Source: Candidatus Hadarchaeales archaeon (GTDB lineage Archaea; Hadarchaeota; Hadarchaeia; Hadarchaeales; Hadarchaeaceae). From it: DNA of 10,880 nucleotides. Under the pieces are notes generated by a model. That model was given only the letters and a program-made list of their open reading frames with translations, was not told the origin of the DNA and did no database searches. The position numbers were made by a program, and so were the translations under genes. The stretch is from contig JAVZGN010000027.1 in the NCBI GenBank assembly GCA_038872135.1, positions 1-10,880 on the forward strand, read 5' to 3'. The first letter of the stretch is position 1, and every line of letters begins with the position of its first letter. Below are positions 7,912 to 10,880 of the stretch, piece after piece.

Positions 7912-8050
7912 GAGCGAGCTGGCTAGAAATGCCAACAGTGCTACGGCGGAACATATTCATCATCACCAGCTGAAATCGGGGCCGGCGCGGAAAATCGATG
8001 CCAGGAACACGGCGCCAGCTTAGTGGGAGGCAAAAGCACCGCCCAACAGG

Positions 8051-8527
8051 TTATTGTCTAGCATGATGTGTTAACCATTTGCCCAGCCGGGATTTTAAAA
8101 ATCGCCTCATATTTTCGGAATCCACTCCGAGGATAGATTTAAAATCTGATTGAGTTATCTGTGTCAAATATCTCTGCATATGTAAATCGTCAACCAGCTT
8201 GCGAAGGAAGGGCGATTTTTGCTTAAGCTTGCGCAACTCGGCAAGCGAAACCGGGTTTGGCAGCAGCAAGGTATTCGAACACGGAGCGGTTATCCTTTTT
8301 TCCGTAATCGACGGAGTAGAAGCTATCAGCGAAACTGCCACCACCTTGCTTCTTAGCTCTTTTTGCCGAGTAAGTGTGGATGTTATGTAATGGAGCACAA
8401 GGTCTCCAGAATTTATCTTAGCAAAAAAGGTTCGATAGCGCGCGCGGTTTGGCGCCGTCAAGGCGATCCCTTCTTTCAACATTCTCTCCCAACGCATGCC
8501 GCTTGTCACCTCAATCCAGAAATTCAC
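8051..8527 (-). CDS. EVE (PUA-like) domain protein
   Basis: 158 aa, GTG start. N-terminal FWI, INSGDLVLHY, VVAVSLI, LPNPVSLAELR and YLTQITQSDF follow the EVE-domain pattern (by eye). Confidence 0.65.
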   Translation of the reverse strand: MNFWIEVTSGMRWERMLKEGIALTAPNRARYRTFFAKINSGDLVLHYITSTLTRQKELRSKVVAVSLIASTPSITEKRITAPCSNTLLLPNPVSLAELRKLKQKSPFLRKLVDDLHMQRYLTQITQSDFKSILGVDSENMRRFLKSRLGKWLTHHARQ

Positions 8528-8605
8528 ACTACTTCACCCGGGATTTCACCCGCCAGATTTTGTATTTATTTTGCACTTGTTGCTTTTTACCTTTGCGGTC
8601 GTGTC

Positions 8606-9679
8606 GGGGTTGTCTAAGAATTCGCTTTTTAGGTTAGTTCATCAATTTTGTAGTGAGGGAGCTGAGGCATGGGAGGGGTTCAGGTGAACCATCATGAGAT
8701 CCCCAGAGTACTGGAAATCCTACCATGCCTCAATAGCAAATGGGAAGCAACAAGTATTTAGGCATTGCCAGAAGGTCGTGAATTTACTCGGCCGGCCGTG
8801 GCAGGTCTCCAAACGCGGCAGCCCGCCCAAGCACATGCCGGAAGAGTATGCTGCGGTGGCAATCTACCGGAAATACTTCAACATGGTTTTCCGGGCAGCT
8901 GAAGCGGACACACCGTTCATTCTCGGCAAGCGACTGGATCATTCCAACATCTGGTGGGGCCTCCAGCGCATCTCGGCCCGATACCTCAAACGAGCAATCG
9001 AGCTTCTCTTCAGGCTTATCTCTGGGATATTTCCGCCAGATATCTTCATCGCTGACTCGACGGGCATAAGCACGGACAGGTACACCAGATACAGGGGACC
9101 GAGGCTCAGGCCGACAGACAAACCTCCTCCTAATGAGCCCAAACGGCGGAAAAACGGGCAATCTGGAGAACGAGTGCTGAAGACCCTGAAGCTACACGCG
9201 CTTGTCGGATACCACATCAAGTTCGGGCTCCTGATGGCGAGGAGCGCTCTGATCACCAAAAGCGAAGTCAACGACTCCCCTCAGCTGAAGGAGTTGCTGA
9301 AGGGAGTAAGGGGAAACGGCGAGTCATTGCTGCTCGACAGAGGCTATGACTCTGTGAGGAACTATGAGCTTGGAAGGAGATGCGGGTTCAACCCCGTGAT
9401 CAAGCTCAGAGACGTGGGGCCGAGGGGACTGGTCAGGCGTGAAATGGCAAAGACTTTCACGAAAAACAGGAAGCTATACCGGCGGCGCGGGTTGATTGAG
9501 GGAGTGTTCGGTGGGCTCGAAACGAAGTACGGAAACCGCACGAGGTGCAGGCGCCCGAAGAGCCAGAGGATCGACTGCCTTCTGATGGTGGTTTCCCACA
9601 ACCTGAGAACTTACATGCGGGCCCTAGCTCTAAGGAAGCTTGAGATTTTTATTTTGGTATGGATTTATTAGACAACCCC
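8606..9679 (+). mobile_element. Intact IS element, 1074 bp, IS5-like (DDE_Tnp_1), copy 1
   Basis: TIRs GGGGTTGTCTAA (8606-8617) and TTAGACAACCCC (9668-9679), 12 bp perfect and 16/18 when extended. 9-bp TSD GGTCGTGTC at 8597-8605 and 9680-9688. Confidence 0.93.
8694..9671 (+). CDS. DDE transposase (IS4/IS5 superfamily, probably IS5)
   Basis: 325 aa with FIADSTG (D1), KLHALV, LLDRGYDS (D2) and YRRRGLIEGVFG (Y-2-R-3-E). The stop codon lies inside the right TIR. Confidence 0.92.
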   Translation: MRSPEYWKSYHASIANGKQQVFRHCQKVVNLLGRPWQVSKRGSPPKHMPEEYAAVAIYRKYFNMVFRAAEADTPFILGKRLDHSNIWWGLQRISARYLKRAIELLFRLISGIFPPDIFIADSTGISTDRYTRYRGPRLRPTDKPPPNEPKRRKNGQSGERVLKTLKLHALVGYHIKFGLLMARSALITKSEVNDSPQLKELLKGVRGNGESLLLDRGYDSVRNYELGRRCGFNPVIKLRDVGPRGLVRREMAKTFTKNRKLYRRRGLIEGVFGGLETKYGNRTRCRRPKSQRIDCLLMVVSHNLRTYMRALALRKLEIFILVWIY

Positions 9680-9688
9680 GGTCGTGTC

Positions 9689-10747
9689 GGGGTTGTCTAA
9701 GAATTCGCTTTTTAGGTTAATCCATCCATTTTGTAGTGAGGGGGTGAGGCATGGGAGGGGTTCAGGTGAACCACCATGAGATCTCCAGAGTACTGGAAAT
9801 CCTACCATGCCTCAATATCAAATGGGAAGCAGCAAGTATTTAGGCGTTGCCAGAAGGTCGTGAATTTACTCGGCCGGCCGTGGCAGGTCTCCAAACGCTG
9901 TAGCCCACCCAAGCACATGCCAGAAGAGTATGCTGCGGTGGCAATCTACCGGAAATACTTCAACATGGTTCTACGAGCTGCTGAAGTGGACACATCGTTC
10001 ATTCTCGGCAAGCGGCTGGACCATTCCAACATCTGGTGGGGCCTCCAGCGCATCTCGGCCCGATACCTCAAACGAGCAATCGAGCTTCTCTTCAGGCTTT
10101 ATCTCTGGGATATTTCCACAGAATATCTTCATCGCTGACTCGACGGGCATCAGCACGGACAGGTACACCAGATACAGGGGACCGAGGCTCAGGCCGACAG
10201 ACAAACCTCCTCCTAATGAGCCCAAATGGCGGAAAAACGAGCAATCCGGGAAATGGGTGCTGAAGACCCTGAAGCTACACGCGCTCGTCGGATACCACAT
10301 CAAGTTCGGGCTCCTGATGGTAAGGAGCGCTCTGGTCACCAAAAGCGAAGCCAACGACTCCCCTCAGCTGAAGGGAAAGGGAGAACAGCGAGCCGCTGCT
10401 GCTCGATAGAGGCCATGACTCTGTGGAGAACTATGAACTCGGAAAGAAGAATGGGTTCAACCCCGTGATTAAGCTCAGGGATGTTGGACTGAGAGGACTG
10501 GTCAAATGTGAGATGGCAAAGATTTTCGCAAAGAACAAAAAACTCTACCGGCGGCGTGGGCTGATTGAAAGAGTCTTCGGTGGGCTCGAAACAAAGTACG
10601 GAAACTGCACGAGGTGCAGGCGTCCGAAAAGCCGGAGGATCGACTGTCTTCTCATGGTTGTGTCACACAACCTGCGAACCTACATGCGGGCCCAAGCCCT
10701 AAAGAAGCTAGAGATTTTATTTTTGTTTGGATTTATTAGACAGCCCC
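9689..10747 (+). mobile_element. Degenerate IS element, 1059 bp, copy 2, in tandem with copy 1
   Basis: Left TIR GGGGTTGTCTAA at 9689; right TIR TTAGACAGCCCC at 10736-10747 (1 mismatch). Right flank TGCATGCAG does not match left flank GGTCGTGTC. Confidence 0.9.
9776..10739 (+). pseudogene. Frameshifted transposase of IS copy 2
   Basis: Relative to copy 1: +1 T at 10098-10100, net 14-nt loss near 10370 and -1 nt near 10715. Split across ORFs 9776-10138, 9930-10409 and 10423-10794. Confidence 0.9.
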
Positions 10748-10880
10748 TGCATGCAGTACTCCCGCAAGCATTTTTTCCCTCAAATAGAGAATAACATGGC
10801 TTAGGACGAGAGGGGAGGTGACCCCGCCTAACAGGGGTAGGGGGTGATCTTCCCTTGAACTGTCTCCAGAGGTCTTTCAG

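Noticed and set aside
8199..8687. Short plus-strand ORFs overlapping the EVE gene and IS left end
   Set aside because: They overlap a better-supported gene or cross the IS boundary and have no recognisable motifs.
8784..10354. Minus-strand ORFs within the IS copies
   Set aside because: Antisense shadows of the transposase; their recurrence reflects the duplication only.
9930..10409. Programmed frameshifting in the copy 2 transposase
   Set aside because: Copy 1 encodes the same protein in one frame, and copy 2 has three separate indels, indicating decay.

Overview
Archaeal window (inferred from TATA/BRE promoters, GGAGG/GGTGA RBSs, GTG/TTG starts and Lys/Glu/Arg-rich proteins suggesting a thermophile). 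Left part (1-5941, minus strand) is a tightly coupled histidine operon: DUF1152-like gene, hisC, hisG (long form), hisA, hisB (monofunctional IGPD), hisD, hisE, hisI (runs off the window). It is divergent from an Lrp/AsnC regulator (6070-6546). An 8-9-8 inverted repeat straddles the operon's TATA box, suggesting an Lrp-controlled his operon. The operon's lead gene has no known function, and no histidinol-phosphate phosphatase is visible in the window. The right part is accessory. It has a 481-bp segment bounded by a perfect 19-bp inverted repeat and containing a promoter-like element and palindromes, a frameshifted ArsR-family pseudogene, and a stand-alone EVE-domain gene. It ends with a head-to-tail tandem of two IS5-like elements: an intact copy with a 9-bp TSD and a frameshifted, apparently chimeric copy.
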